The notes: generated by a model not told the origin, from the letters alone. 64,000 bases of DNA from Octopus vulgaris (GCA_951406725.2 OX597835.1:6820001-6884000), one strand, 5' to 3'. Numbered from the stretch's first letter, positions 43,639 to 59,450 are shown. Translations and numbers: made by a program.

Positions 43639-44675
43639 CGAGAACTCGCCGCTTCGACAACACACGGACACACACACTCGTGGCATTCGCCGAAAACGTC
43701 GCGTACTACTCAGTCTTTCTCCGCCGCGCCATGAGACCGGGGCTCGCGCTCGATGCCGACGAGCGAGAACTCGTCGGCGGTGCAAGAATTTACGTCTTCT
43801 CCGACTGCCACATAGTAACACAGCCACCCTGTGTACGCGCGCAGTAAGCAGGAGGTGCCGTTTCTTTCACTTCTCACTTAAACGAACCTGCAACATTCGC
43901 TTCTTTTCTTCATAACTTCTTTCCTTTCATCCAGCGAAATCTTACTCTCTTTCCCTTATACACAATTCTATCACATTCCTCTTGCCTTTTCTTTTAACTT
44001 ATACTTACGCTCACTCCCATCTTCTCACATTTACGCTTTATTCATAGACACACACACGTGACACACTACCACCACATACTCTTTATAACCTACATCACAA
44101 TACTTCTGCACCTGCATACTTCTACAATTATACACTTATACCGTAAACACGGATACACTCCTACATGTTCACATACGCATTAGTCCCATCTCCTTTCTTA
44201 ACTCCCCCCTAGAACTGCATTTCTATTTGACTCTTAACCCTTCATTCTACACCCTAAAAGTCCTTTCAAATACAATCCTACAGTTTCATATACTCTCATC
44301 TTCCATTCTTCTGTACAAACCTTCTGGCATATAATTTCCATACTTGAGTATATTGGGGTATGTAAACATCTCCACATTGCATTCTTTTGTTGACAATGGA
44401 GAGGCACTGTATCAATTGTTTCGCATTAGAACCAATCGGTTTACATAAATACAAACCAGATGTTGAAACAGGTGTACGTTATACAAAGCCTAAAATACCA
44501 ATTAAATCTTCTGTGTTTCTTATTTCTCCATATATACATCGGAGTGACAGAAACGTTAACATGCCGGGGAAAAATGCTTCGTATCATTTCGTCAACCGTT
44601 AAGTTCTGAGGGCAAATTTCGTCCAGGTCGACTTTAAATTGCGTCACTTCGTAGTCGATTGGGCCCCTGCCCCGC

Positions 44676-46207
<1,532 letters not shown>

Positions 46208-46643
46208 TATTGAGTACCTTACTTACTGTGGTTAACCCCGAATCAACCCGGGACCTACATATATATATATATATATGTACACACATACACACACTTACAC
46301 ACACATATATACATGTATATATTGTTATTACAAGTGGTATGCAGATATCATATAAGACACTTGCTATCCATTAAACTTACTAATATTAATCATCTTTGTT
46401 ATAGACATTTTTATTACTCTCCTTGCAGACCAACTGTCTCTGAAATTTCTCGAGCCACATAAATTTGCAGAAATTACGTCTGTACCGTTTCCACGAATTC
46501 TTTCAAAGCGTTTCCTGCGAGAACGGCTTCTTGTTCCAAATGTCAACTCTTCGTACCCGAACGACACAGACGCTAACCCTCAAAAAACTTTACCCGACCA
46601 CCACTAGCTACTCGGGAATCTCACTTGTTTACTATATAAGTAT

Positions 46644-46735
<92 letters not shown>

Positions 46736-46906
46736 TCACATTTATATATATATATATATGTATATTTCTGTGTTAGTTAGAGGTTGGAAAACCAACCAAC
46801 TAAGGGATAGTACCTATACAATATACCCAAGTGCTAGTTATTTCGTGGCAATCTCGCAATTGAGTGTTATATATGGGCGGGGGTTATAAGTGGTTTACCC
46901 TTAATT

Positions 46907-47027
46907 TATATGGCAAATAAGAAAATGGAGAAGATACAAAATCGAAATACATCAACCGGTAGACATTCTAGTATGTCTCCCGGCTGATGTATGTCGTTTT
47001 AGTATCCTCACCATTTTCTTATTTGCC

Positions 47028-47033
<6 letters not shown>
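46907..47033. repeat. Imperfect ~125 nt hairpin
   Basis: TATGGCAAATAAGAAAATGGAGAAGATAC..CATCAACCGG pairs with CCGGCTGATG..GTATCCTCACCATTTTCTTATTTGCCGTA. Confidence 0.85.
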
Positions 47034-47069
<36 letters not shown>

Positions 47070-47178
47070 GTGTACATATACACGTACACACACACACACA
47101 CATATATATATACAGAACGTCATGTTGGATCGTTATCCCCTACACGTAATTTTTTCTCTCCTTGTTTCTTTTCTGTGT

Positions 47179-47218
47179 GTCTTTCTGTCGAAGAGCGTAG
47201 GCTCGAAACGTAAAAGAC
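47179..47218 (+). ncRNA. Minimal hammerhead-ribozyme-like motif (variant core) in a Penelope-like terminal repeat
   Basis: GTCTTT-CTGTCGA-A-GAG(CGTAGG)CTC-GAAAC-GTA-AAAGAC: 6 bp stem I, 3 bp stem II, palindromic ACGT stem III; core is CUGUCGA instead of CUGANGA. Confidence 0.5.
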
Positions 47219-47313
47219 TTTGTTTCATTTCTATTCCTGAGTGCCATACTAATACATTGTTTGTTTGTACTCCACCTGCCTTCGTCTTTTGTTTATTTTC
47301 GTAAACCTTCCCG

Positions 47314-47358
<45 letters not shown>

Positions 47359-48114
47359 AGTGAAAGAAAAGATGAAAGATCTATCACGAGCTATAGCTTC
47401 TTAAGCCCAGTGTCCTAGATCTGTGGCGTATATATTCCACAACTGGACGGGACGTCATTCTGTTGCCGGATTACTCGTTTTTGTGCCACGTGAGTGGACT
47501 ACAGCGACGTGAAAGTAGTGTTTTGCTCAAAACACAACGCACAATATTATGATTATGAGTACAACATCTTAACCACTAAGCCAACGCGTATCCACACTGA
47601 TGCCCACTCATATATATGTACACACACACACGCACACATACGTATATACATATATACACATATATCCATATAAGCATTTACACATCTATATATATATACA
47701 CACACATATATATAATATATAAACATTTACAACGTGTACAGCATTCGATAAATTATCCCAATTAATATTTTGGCCACTAAAAGTGTGAAATATTTTCTTC
47801 AGAAAATGTCAAGCGAACGTTTTGTGGCTCAAGAAAATAGGAATATTTGTTGATAAGAAGTATGATGCCTGATCTACAAAACTTCCCAAAGTGAGGCGAA
47901 ACACACATCGCGCCATCGCACTAAAAAAAACCATGTGGTCTACCTTCTTGGGAAGTTTCTTTAGAATATCACAATATCGCATTTTAAATGGTTTCAAATT
48001 GGTAGATAATGACTTACATTACATACATACATGCGAACACCCATCTATACATCCATACACCCATACATACAGAGACACATATATATATATATATGTATAT
48101 ATATTTATATATGT

Positions 48115-48400
48115 GGAGGCGCAATGGCCTAGTGGTTAGGGCAGCGGACTCGCGGTCGTAGGATCGCGGTTTCGATTCCCAGCGAAAACATCTGAAAGCT
48201 CCACGAGGCTCCGGCAGGGGGTGGTGATCCCTGCTGTACTCTTTCACCACTCTTTCTCCCACTCTTTCTTCTGTTGGCCTGCTCGCTTAGCCAGCGGGGT
48301 GGCGTCATTCGAAGGCTAAAACAATGCGAAGAGCATTGTGACCAGCGATGTGTAGCTACATCTGATGGACTGGTCGGTCACGTGATGGTGATGACGTGAT
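48115..48400 (+). mobile_element. SINE with the family A tRNA head and a different 3' tail
   Basis: Head nearly identical to 2485-2550; tail shared with 54715-54830 (-). Confidence 0.8.
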
Positions 48401-48739
48401 ATATTTATATATACATACATACATACATATATAAGACAAAATAAATAAGGAGTTAGACATCCAGGCAGTTTTATTGTTACAGTGATTTATTCAGTATTTT
48501 CTCTTTACACCTATCCGACATATGTTTCTGTGGATGTCTTGTTATATTGTGTTTAATTCCATCCTGCTGGTTCAGCTGCATCGATATTTCATCCTGATTA
48601 AAAAACGTATCCATGCAGCTTTATCAAAGAAAGTTTGAAACGAACTGAAGTGTAATGGTCTTGATAGTGTTATATTTTTGGTAGGGAACATTTAGTGTTG
48701 ATTGCAAAGAATATGAGAGGTAGAATATGAGAAACCTGA

Positions 48740-48950
48740 CATGGCTTTAAGATCCGTTACCAGATCGATTTTAAGATGAACTTAAGGTTTATATGTAAAA
48801 TCATGGATGCCATTATATTTCAGATTATATTTCATTCTCTAGCCTTTAGCAAAATCGATATGAATAATTTCTGCAAGAGATGTATCCATTAAGGGTCACT
48901 AAGTAAAATAGAATCTAAAAATTTACTTGTAAGGCCAGTTGTATTGCTCA
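48740..48950 (-). mobile_element. Highly decayed CR1/L2-like RT fragment
   Basis: ..EIIHIDFAKG..LKYNGIH resembles DVIYIDFAKAFD..LKYYGI. Confidence 0.4.
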
Positions 48951-49590
48951 TAATATGGTAGATTACTTCCACCTACAGTGATATCAGGAATATAACTATC
49001 AACCATATATCTGCATGTAGATAAAGTATTTACACACGAAGGATAATAATTGGTCGAAGTCCAGTGCAAATCGATATATGAATCGCTCAGAAAATATGTA
49101 AAAAAATGGTAGAAACTTAAAACTCTAAGACTGAAGATAAAGAACTGGACAACTGGAGGGGCGGGGTACACTTTGATAATAGAAAATAAAGGCAAACTAC
49201 TTAATATATTGTCCATGTTAACTGCTAGTATCGCCGACATAAGTGATGTTTAATTAAAAGATTTTCTCAGGAGACACTCGGACGTTTTTCTGTGGTGGTG
49301 TGCGCATTTAGGGGTTACCTCTTGTTTATGCCTCTCTTCTACTCACCTCCAGTAACGTATATATATTCTTTTATTCTTTACTGGCTTCAACCAAAGCCGG
49401 AGCAATGCTGATATATATATATATATATATATATTTGAGTAGAAAAATGAAATATCTTTTTATGGATAATTCGTTTAACCGATACCTGGGTAGCAAATTC
49501 ACATCCTTCACAATTAGGAATATGCAGCCTTCGAAACATATGTCGAAAATAAAGGAAATTTGTTAATTTGTCGTTCAACTCCATTCTTTC

Positions 49591-49627
<37 letters not shown>

Positions 49628-50109
49628 CCAGACAAACAGATATTGTTATTACACTGTGGTCAAAACGTGCTTCTTCTCATTCTTGTATCTTCCGAATGAT
49701 GTCCTCCATTGTGATTTGGCGAGAAGGCCAATACTTTGTGCCGGACAAAACGCCAGCCCTTTGAAAGGTTACACATTTAGAGTAGAATAAACTGGATCAA
49801 CGTGAAACGATATATTTGTTGAGGAACACAACGCATTACCGGCTAAGGAAATGAAACTGCGATCTTGCGATCGTGAGCGCAACACCCCTGACAACTAAGC
49901 CACGCGCCTTTATACACACACATACGAGTGCGCAGCATGGACACGGACGCATACACGTATGTACATCTATAATTATATATGTGTGTATGTGTATATATGT
50001 TTATGTTTGTGAATATGTTGTGCGTGCATTAGTGTGTGTTCTGTTTTTAAATCATATAAACTATCAGAATATCTTTCGACCTTTCCTTTTTTTTTCCGTG
50101 TTTGTAGCA

Positions 50110-50490
50110 TTAGACTACGGCCATGCTGGAGCACATCCTTGAATAATTTTACTCGAATGAATCAACTCCAGGACTTACTTTTTAAAGCCTGGTACTTATT
50201 ACTTCGGTCTCTTTTGCCGAACAGCTGATTTGCGGGGACGTAAGCACAGCAACACCGGTCATCAAGCGGTGGTGAGAGAAAAACACAGACACAAACACAC
50301 ACAGACAAACAAAAAAACACGCAAATAAGATGTGCTTCTTTCTGTTTCCTTCTTACAAATCCACACACAAAGCTTTGGTCCGACCGAAGCTATAGTAGAA
50401 GAGGCCTGCCCAAGGTGCTGTAGGACCGAACCCGGAAGCATGTGGTTGGAAAGCAAACTTTTTTACCGCACAGCCAAGCCTACGCCTATT
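50110..50490 (-). mobile_element. Diverged SINE family C
   Basis: Family signature; other old copies at ~31085-31420, 31990-32350, 51110-51725, 53180-53660 and 56495-56955. Confidence 0.8.
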
Positions 50491-50799
50491 AATATTTAAT
50501 TTATTGCTTCTGGGTCCGGCCTTATAATAGTTCATTCCAAAATATCTCTACGCTATTTTCTGCACATTTTTCTCTAAGCACGCTTCGTTGTATTTTACAA
50601 GGAGAGCATTTTCTTTGTGTCCCACTGGTATATGATAAATACGAATTGGCTCGTGTTCAAATCGTGTTAAGTATCTTTATTTCTGGTCCTGCTATTTCCT
50701 TCTAACATGTACTTATCTCTCTAATTACTACAGTATTGATCAAAGCAACGAACATAAATATATATCTTCTCTCTCTATATATATATATATGTGTGCATG

Positions 50800-50841
<42 letters not shown>

Positions 50842-50890
50842 CATATACATACATACACACACATATATAGTACGTGTGTTAGTGCACGTA

Positions 50891-50947
<57 letters not shown>

Positions 50948-51341
50948 ATATATATATATGTATGTATATATATATATATATATATAAATAAATATATATA
51001 TATATATATATATATTTGTATGTATGTATGTGTATATATAGATATACAGGTATATATGTGTGTGTGTATACATACATGTATATATATATATATATATCTT
51101 TTATCTCTTACATCTTTCAGTCATTAAATTACGGTCTAGCTGGTGTATCGCCTTGTAATATCTTATTCAAACGAATCCCCACAGGGCTGGCTTCTATAAA
51201 CCTGGTACTTGTTCTGTTGATTACAAGGACGTAAATAAACCAAACATGGTTATCAAGTGGTGCTGAGGGAGAAAGACAAAGACATACATACTTAGATTCA
51301 CATACTCTGACACCTCCTCACACACACTCACACACATACAG

Positions 51342-51382
<41 letters not shown>

Positions 51383-51776
51383 AGAAGTCTGTTTCAGTTT
51401 CTGTCCACCCAATCCTTTCACAAGGTTGTAATCGGCCCATGACTGTAATATAACACACTTCTCTAAGGTGACGTGCAGCGGGACTGAACCCGGGACCATG
51501 TGATTCAGAAGCAAACGTCTCATCACACTCCTTGCGCGTGTGAGTTTGTCACCAACCACTGTCGTTTTACAACCGATGTTGCAGTGCTTACGTCCCCGTA
51601 ACTTATCGGTTCGGCAAAATGGATCGATAGAATAAATACTAGGCTTACAAAGAATGAGTCCTGGGGTGAATTTCTTCGACTAAAGGTGTTCCAGCATGGC
51701 CGCAGTCAGATGACTGAAACAAGTAATGAATTAAAGTATATATACATATATACATATATAAATAGAAACATATGTG

Positions 51777-51812
<36 letters not shown>

Positions 51813-51992
51813 TAGATAGATAGATAAATATACATATGTATATACATATATCTATGCATATATACATATATATATACATATAGATATACATATATATACA
51901 TATATATATATATGTATATATATATATGTATATGTATGTATATATATATACATATAAATATACATATATATACGTATATATATATGTATATG

Positions 51993-52045
<53 letters not shown>

Positions 52046-52208
52046 ATGTATGGATAATGATATACATATACCTATATGTACAACATACCAAAAGATTTTG
52101 CAATTTCCTGTTCCAACCTGTTTTGATGTCATTACGCTGCAGAAAATGCTTTCTAATATTTTCAAGTCTTCAATTGCTATAGGTAGCCCACACAAATGCA
52201 TACAAGAT

Positions 52209-52310
52209 GGAGCACAAGAATAAGCAGATGTGAACACGGCTTCTATTATAACCCTATCTACATCATGTATATATATATACATACATATATACATATATGT
52301 GTGTGCGTGT

Positions 52311-52391
<81 letters not shown>

Positions 52392-52577
52392 TATATGAAT
52401 ATATTTACATACATATATATATATATATACATATATATGTATATATATTATATACGTATATACATATACATATATGAACACACATATTCTTGGAGTACAA
52501 GAATAAGCAGATGTGAACACGGCTTCTATTATAATCCTATCTACATCATGTATATATATATACATATATGTGTGTGT

Positions 52578-52643
<66 letters not shown>

Positions 52644-52730
52644 GCATATATATACATACATACATATATATACATATATATGTATATATATTATATACGT
52701 ATATACATACACATATATGAACACACATAA
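52209..52730. repeat. Tandem duplication, unit ~280 bp
   Basis: GGAG(C/T)ACAAGAATAAGCAGATGTGAACACGGCTTCTATTATAA at ~52209 and ~52492, each followed by the same microsatellite pattern. Confidence 0.9.
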
Positions 52731-53349
52731 ACTAATTATACACCATATAATATATATACATACTAATTATGCACACGCACGCGAACACACACACTCACGT
52801 ATCTATGCCCGTATGTGTGTATGTATGTGTATGTAAGAATAATCGTACTCAGAGAAGCATATGTATTTATCTTGCGATGAAAGCAGAATCCAGTCTGTAG
52901 CTTTAAGGCTGCTCAATGATTGCAAACTTGTGACTAATGCCTCTGGGTTGTACAACTTCGTTACTGACTTTCTTTCTCTTAGCATCACATAAAACAGATC
53001 TCATAATGTCTTTCATTTTGAAGATGATATACGAGATAAAAGAATCATGCGCGGTTGTAGGGTATAGACGAAATGTGACCCAGTGGTTACAGTCTCAGAG
53101 CAGTACTAACTACTAAACTACAGATCCCGGGATCAAATGCATCAGATGCATATCGATTTGTTTTTTTTTTAATAGCACACCTAGGCCGTGTAGTTAAGAA
53201 ACTTGCTTTGCAGCCCCATGGTTTCAGGTTCAGTCCCGCTTCGCGACACCGTGGATATTTTCTACTTTAAAACCAGGGGCCGACTAGTACCTTTTGAGTG
53301 AATTTGTAGACGGAATCTGAAAGAAGGCCGTCCTACATCTGTCTATCTG

Positions 53350-53460
<111 letters not shown>

Positions 53461-53869
53461 GTGTTTGACCCCCCCCCCCCCCGTCGATGTTGGTTTGTTT
53501 ACGTGCCCGCAGTCTACTTGTTCCGCAAATGAGACCCATTGAATAAGTACCGATGATAAAAAAAAAAAACATATTTATAAGTTCTGGTGTCGATTTGTTC
53601 GACTATACCTTTCAAGGCGGTGCTACAGAATGGCCGCAACCCAATGACTGAAATAAATAAAAGGAGAAAAATAAAGATTACTTGTACACATCCTTATTTA
53701 CCTAAAATTTAAGACTAGATTCTGGATAGAGCTTCATATATTTGTTCCCCAGTGTCACTTTGATGGCAAGCGGTGCTCTCTCACTAAGTAAGTATGATAG
53801 TAATCATAAGAAAAAATAATAATAATGATAATAATAATAATAATAATAATAATAGTAATAATAATCCTT

Positions 53870-54040
53870 TCTGTTATAGGCACAAGGCCTGGATTTTTGT
53901 GGGGAGGGGGACAATCGATCGCATCAACCCCAGTACTTGACTGGTTCTTAATTTATCGACCCTGAAAGGACGAAAGGTAAAGTCGACCTCGGCGGAATTT
54001 GAACTCAGAACATAGCGACAGACGAAATACCGCAAAGTGA
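53870..54040 (-). mobile_element. SINE family B
   Basis: Family signature; further minus-strand copies at ~59240-59450, 59965-60180, 60280-60455, 63645-63845 and 63910-64000. Confidence 0.85.
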
Positions 54041-54115
54041 CAGATAACAACAACTACAACAACAACAACAACAACAACAACAATAATAATGATAATAATA
54101 ATAATAATAATAATA

Positions 54116-54146
<31 letters not shown>

Positions 54147-56956
54147 CAAATTTAGGCACAAGGCCAGCAGTTTAATAATAATTTAACAACAAAAGCGAAC
54201 CGTAGAAATGTCCGTTAAATAAACAATGCCTGGAGAACATATTATGTAAGTGCTTGGTCTTTACCGATAATAATGTTTACAATTACTTAGGATGCTGCGC
54301 AACAACCTTCAAACTTCGATTCTGTAGCTAAGTCTCATCATTTAGGTATAGAAATAAGGAAAAATTGACACCACTTAGTGACCTAGCATGGCGCCTTGGG
54401 AATAACGTAACTACGTATAATTTAGAAAGGCTGATATGGAGCTGGGCATTAGAACGAGATGCAAACTTTGCCTAGAAAGTTAGTCTTAATAATTGCGTCA
54501 GAGGCCGACATCATTGAATAAAGGCCAAGAATTTGCCGTACGATGTAAATATTTTTACAATAAAACATTTAGTTTATTTCCTAGATAATCAAGAATCAAT
54601 CAGATTAGGTATTGGATACGATAAAATTCATAAACAATGGTCTGTGAGATTAGGAATGATACGTGCTTAATTCTGTTTACAGAAGATCTATCTCCATACG
54701 TATCCATACGTATCACATGATCACGTGACTATTATCAAATGTTGTTACGCATCGCTGGTCACAATGCGTTTTGCACTGGTTCAGCCTTCAGGTGACACCA
54801 CTCCGCTGGCTAAGCGAGCAGGCCAATATCTGCCCCCCACCCCTGATCGAAAGGAGGATTGAAGCAACGAAAAATGAAGCGACGCCCAATCAGGGATTGA
54901 ACCCGCGATCTAGCGACCGCGCGTGCAACACGGTAAGTACTGGACTGGATTCCGATTATGTACATATTATTTAGTTCTGTTGTTACCTTTATTATTTTAT
55001 TCTTACGATTTTTTGTTGTTATTCTTTTGTTATTTTTATTATTTGTTTGAATTTTATCCTTTTATTTTTTATTTTCATTCCTTCATGATTGTTTATTTGC
55101 ACAAATCAATCACATTATTACACAGTGCCGTGTTACTTCTGTTTCTTTGCGTCATGTGGATTTATGTTCTCTACCTAATTGCAATTTTTTTTTGTGTGTA
55201 ATTCATACTTTGCAATAGAAAAAAGTCTACTGATGTACCTTAGAAGTCTGTACAATCTGTTGCATAAAAACTTTTTAACCAAAAAAGCGCCGGTTCCTCA
55301 GATTTCGTGCTCACAGTCTTGTGGGCCCGAACACTCAAATCATCGATGGTTTTAAATAACAAGAAGTGATTGAAAGTACTGAACGACAAGTAAAGCTATA
55401 ATGAAATCAAATGGGATTCATTACATCTAACGTATCACATGGGATTCTTTAAAGAATTTTGGTGCATTATGAGAAGTAGGTATTGAAAAACTTTGACAGG
55501 CTCAATGGAGAATGACGGATGATATAAAAATGTATTTATAAACCAGAAGTAGAAACATTTTGATTAATTTCTAATCTTTCTCAACAATTAATGCTTTGCC
55601 AAAAATTGTCCAGATTATCCTACGGTTCGCTGAAAGAAAATTGCTGAAAGAGGTTTTATGTCAGTTCAACCTTTCTTTAAAGGTTACTTGGTATGTCCGA
55701 TGTTGGTGTTTGAAGAGTTTTTCTGGGTACAGTTTACGAAAACATTTTCGTATTTGCAGAAATAGTTCCATATTCGGAATATATCAGCTTAGAATCATCT
55801 TTTCTGGAGCGTTTGAACTACATTTTCTTTGTAAACAATGGTCATTTTGAATATGTTTATAATGATATCAAACTCAACTGCATATACAAATATATATACA
55901 TATTTGCTTTTATCAAAATTCCAGCGATGAAACTTTGTTTCTTTGTTAGAAACCGGCTCATTCCTCGCAGGAAGAATTGAATTAAATAAAAATGAAAAGG
56001 AACATACATACAGGGCCAAAAAATGCTGTACTTCTTCAAGGAAGAGCAAAAGAAACTGCTTTGCGTCTTTCAAATACAATCGTTTAGGGATACAGTGAGA
56101 AGTCGTAAAACATTCCACGGATTCTCTGTTTGAGGTTCTTCGATTCAACATGTGCACACGATCATATGTACCCATGACATACACACTCGGACATACATGC
56201 ATACACACACAAGCATTAATGATGTACACACACATTTGCATACTAAATAAACATGTACACCCACTACATGAATATACATTTATCCACACAATTAAACACA
56301 TACACTCATACATATACGCACACACACATGCACACATATGTGCACACACTGACCAATTCACTTATACACAAACCCTTGACTTATATAAAAAAAGTTTTGC
56401 TATTTTGTTAGTGACAAGCTTGGATTCTGCAAAGGAAAATTGATTTGTCTTAAAAACAAAAAAAAACAAAAACAAGCGTACATATATTTATCCATGGTTG
56501 TGTGGTTAAGAAATATGCTTCCAAGCCACGTGGTTTCGGGTTCAGTCCCACTGCGTGGCTCCTTGGGCAGGTGTCTTTTACAGTAGTCCCGGGCCTGCTA
56601 ATATATTGTGAGTGAATTTGGTAGAGGAAAATTATGTGGAAGCCTACGATATATATGTGTGTGTGTGTATTTGTGCGTGTGTATGTGTGTGCGTGCGTGG
56701 ATGTGTATGTGTGTGCTGCGTGGGTGTGTATGTGTGTGCGTGTGCCATTGTGGTTGTGCTTGTCGCCAACACCACATGACAGCCTGTTGTTGAATTGTTT
56801 ACGATCTCGGAACTTAGCGGTTCAGCGAAAGGCAGCGTTAGTATAAATACTGATGAGAAAAAAAGAAGAACAAGTACTAGGATCTATTTGTCCGAGTAAA
56901 CCCTTCAACGTAGTGCCCTAGCATGGCCGCAGTCCAATGACTTGAAGAAGTAAAAC

Positions 56957-57005
<49 letters not shown>

Positions 57006-57469
57006 CATATATATATATGTATGTATTTACACGCACACACACACACATCTACATATATATATGCATGTATGTATGTATGTATGTATTGTATTTCCCCTTC
57101 AGTAAATTTTTCGAAGTATTGTTAAGAGTAGGGAACATGGCTGGAGTAAAAGGGCCTTCCCTAAACATTTGCTTTAAGTCTAGGAAATACATTTGGGAAA
57201 GAGCACCGATCTTTGATAGTTGGGATAATCCGGGATCTGTGGGGCTGCTTAACACACTTGTCTTTAAGGGATTCCATCACATATTTGTATTTTGGGTGTA
57301 CGATTTTTTAAATTTAATTTTTCATTCTTTCAATTTCAAAGTGAATAACTTCACCCTTTTCTAAATGCTGCTTGCGCAAGTGGAACCAATTATCTGCAAT
57401 GTGGAATATTTCCTTCTCTTTTTCGCGAATTAATAAATACATAGCATACACACACACACACAGACGGAT

Positions 57470-57856
57470 ATATATATATATAAATATATAAACGGCAGTT
57501 TGTCTGTCTGCGTGTCTGTGTGTCTGTCAGGTTGTACCCTCACCCTGACCACGGCTTTCAACCGATTCTGATGAAACTTGACACACACATAGCCCAATGT
57601 CATAATTCAAAACTAACGCAGCGAAAATTTTGAAAAGTTCCCCCAGTTCTGAAAAACATCGATAAATTCGACATGGGGTCGAGAATCAGAAACACAAACC
57701 GCAAACTGTCTAGGGGACGCAACTCCACCTTTTTTAACTAAAAAAAAATTACCATCATTTTTTCCCATTTTTTTGCTATTTTTTGGCTATAACTCTGTAA
57801 AAATGCTTTATAGTTATTTCCCTTACAAACCTGAGCAACGCCGGGCGATACTGCTA

Positions 57857-57857
<1 letters not shown>
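57470..57857 (+). mobile_element. Non-autonomous Helitron-like element
   Basis: 5' TATATATAAA followed by (GTCT)n-like repeats; ACCGATT..GATGAAACTTG..ACAC internal motif; 3' subterminal hairpin CCTGAGCAACGCCGGG, then CTAG|T. Confidence 0.8.
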
Positions 57858-57904
<47 letters not shown>

Positions 57905-57989
57905 AATGTAGGATAAAAATTTTTCGAAAAAAATTTTTTTATCAATGGCCAGCATATTAAAAAATACCTTTAAAGGTTAAATAATAAAC

Positions 57990-58150
57990 AATTTATAAAT
58001 AAGGTCAAACGAAAAAATTTCTAATACCAAATATGCCGAAAATTGGAAAAAAAGTCGACAGAAATCTCTAAAAAATTATATGGTAAATGGACAATATGTC
58101 CAATTTTCGGCATATTTGGCATTAGAAACTTTGCCCTTATTTATAATTTG
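57990..58150. repeat. Inverted repeat (~55 bp arms) between (TA)n tracts
   Basis: TTTCTAATACCAAATATGCCGAAAATTGGA / TCCAATTTTCGGCATATTTGGCATTAGAAA. Confidence 0.85.
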
Positions 58151-58217
<67 letters not shown>

Positions 58218-58569
58218 CCAACATCTTGTGGCAATATAGTACATTATCGCTGGACCTACTGTGTTAGTACGGCTAACTGGCAAAGTCGTTACCGCATTAA
58301 ACGAATCACTTTATTCTGGCTCGTTTCGTTCCTGTTTCTCGTTCGAATCTAGCTCCCTTCAATATTTATTTGCATTTCGTCCTTTCGGAGCTAAACAAAA
58401 TAATTACCAGTCGAGCAGGAGCTCGATGAAATTTTTTAGCCCCCAACCTCAAAATTTCAGAGCTTGTGCAAAGAGGAGACAGAGAAATTATTATGATTGT
58501 TGTTGTCGTTAGTGTTGCGGTTGCTTACCGCTGTTTGACACATGCATTCAAACAGAAGTGTGAAGGTGT

Positions 58570-58744
58570 TTGGGTTAGTGGTTAGAATATCCGGCTCATT
58601 ATCGCAAGGTCGTGAGTTCGATATCCAACGGCATCTTGTGACCTTGAGTAAGATAGTTTATTTCACTTTACTCGAGAACTATGTTAAGGGTACGTGTGAC
58701 TGAGAAGTGCCCAACCACTTATACCTTGATTTCACGAGTAGGCT

Positions 58745-58745
<1 letters not shown>
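58570..58745 (+). mobile_element. Old SINE sharing the family A central domain
   Basis: CGAGAACTATGTTAAGGGTAC..CCACTTATAC..ATTTCACGAG. Confidence 0.7.
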
Positions 58746-58802
<57 letters not shown>

Positions 58803-59068
58803 GACGCAATTTCACAAGAGAAAACGTAATACATTATCCATTAACAGACGAACCATCATCACGACCATCACCATCATCATCAGCAACATCAACAGCAGCA
58901 GCGTCACCACCACCATCACCACCGCCGCCGCCGCCACCACCACTACCACACCACCACCACCACCACAACACCACCACCACCACCACCACCACCACCACCA
59001 CCACCACCACCACCACCGCCGCCGCCGCTGCTGCTGCTGCTGCAACTACTACTGCTGCTGCTACTACA

Positions 59069-59130
<62 letters not shown>

Positions 59131-59450
59131 TACTACTACCATTGCAACCAAGTGTTTGCTAGCATTTCAAGTAATATGTTTAAATATTAAGAAAAAGGTG
59201 AAGAGAAAGAAATATGCCAGAGAAAATAAGAATTTTGAAAGTATGAGCGGGGGCGGCGGTGGGGGAAGCGGCGTAAGTCGATTGAATTAACCCCCCGCAC
59301 ATGACTGGTGATTTATTTCAATCTCCGCGAAAGGATGAAAGGCAAAAAATCAACATCGGTGGGATTTGAACTCGGGACGTAAAGAACCGGTAGAAAAGCC
59401 GTTAAGCAGTTTGTCCGATGCACCAACAATTTCATCAGCACATCGCCTTC

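Noticed and set aside
43870-44345. Pyrimidine-skewed segment next to the 28S fragment, considered as an R2 body
   Set aside because: No R2 motifs are readable. The skew resembles the decayed RTE-like element at 16500-18120, and it is too degenerate to call.
46418-46610. Acceptor-like TCCTTGCAG followed by a ~60-codon open frame
   Set aside because: No recognisable domain; lies among TA-flanked repeat islands.
55250-56361. 188 aa ORF and adjacent coding-like sequence
   Set aside because: Begins in a TG-rich microsatellite and has no recognisable motif; possibly a decayed transposon but unassignable by eye.
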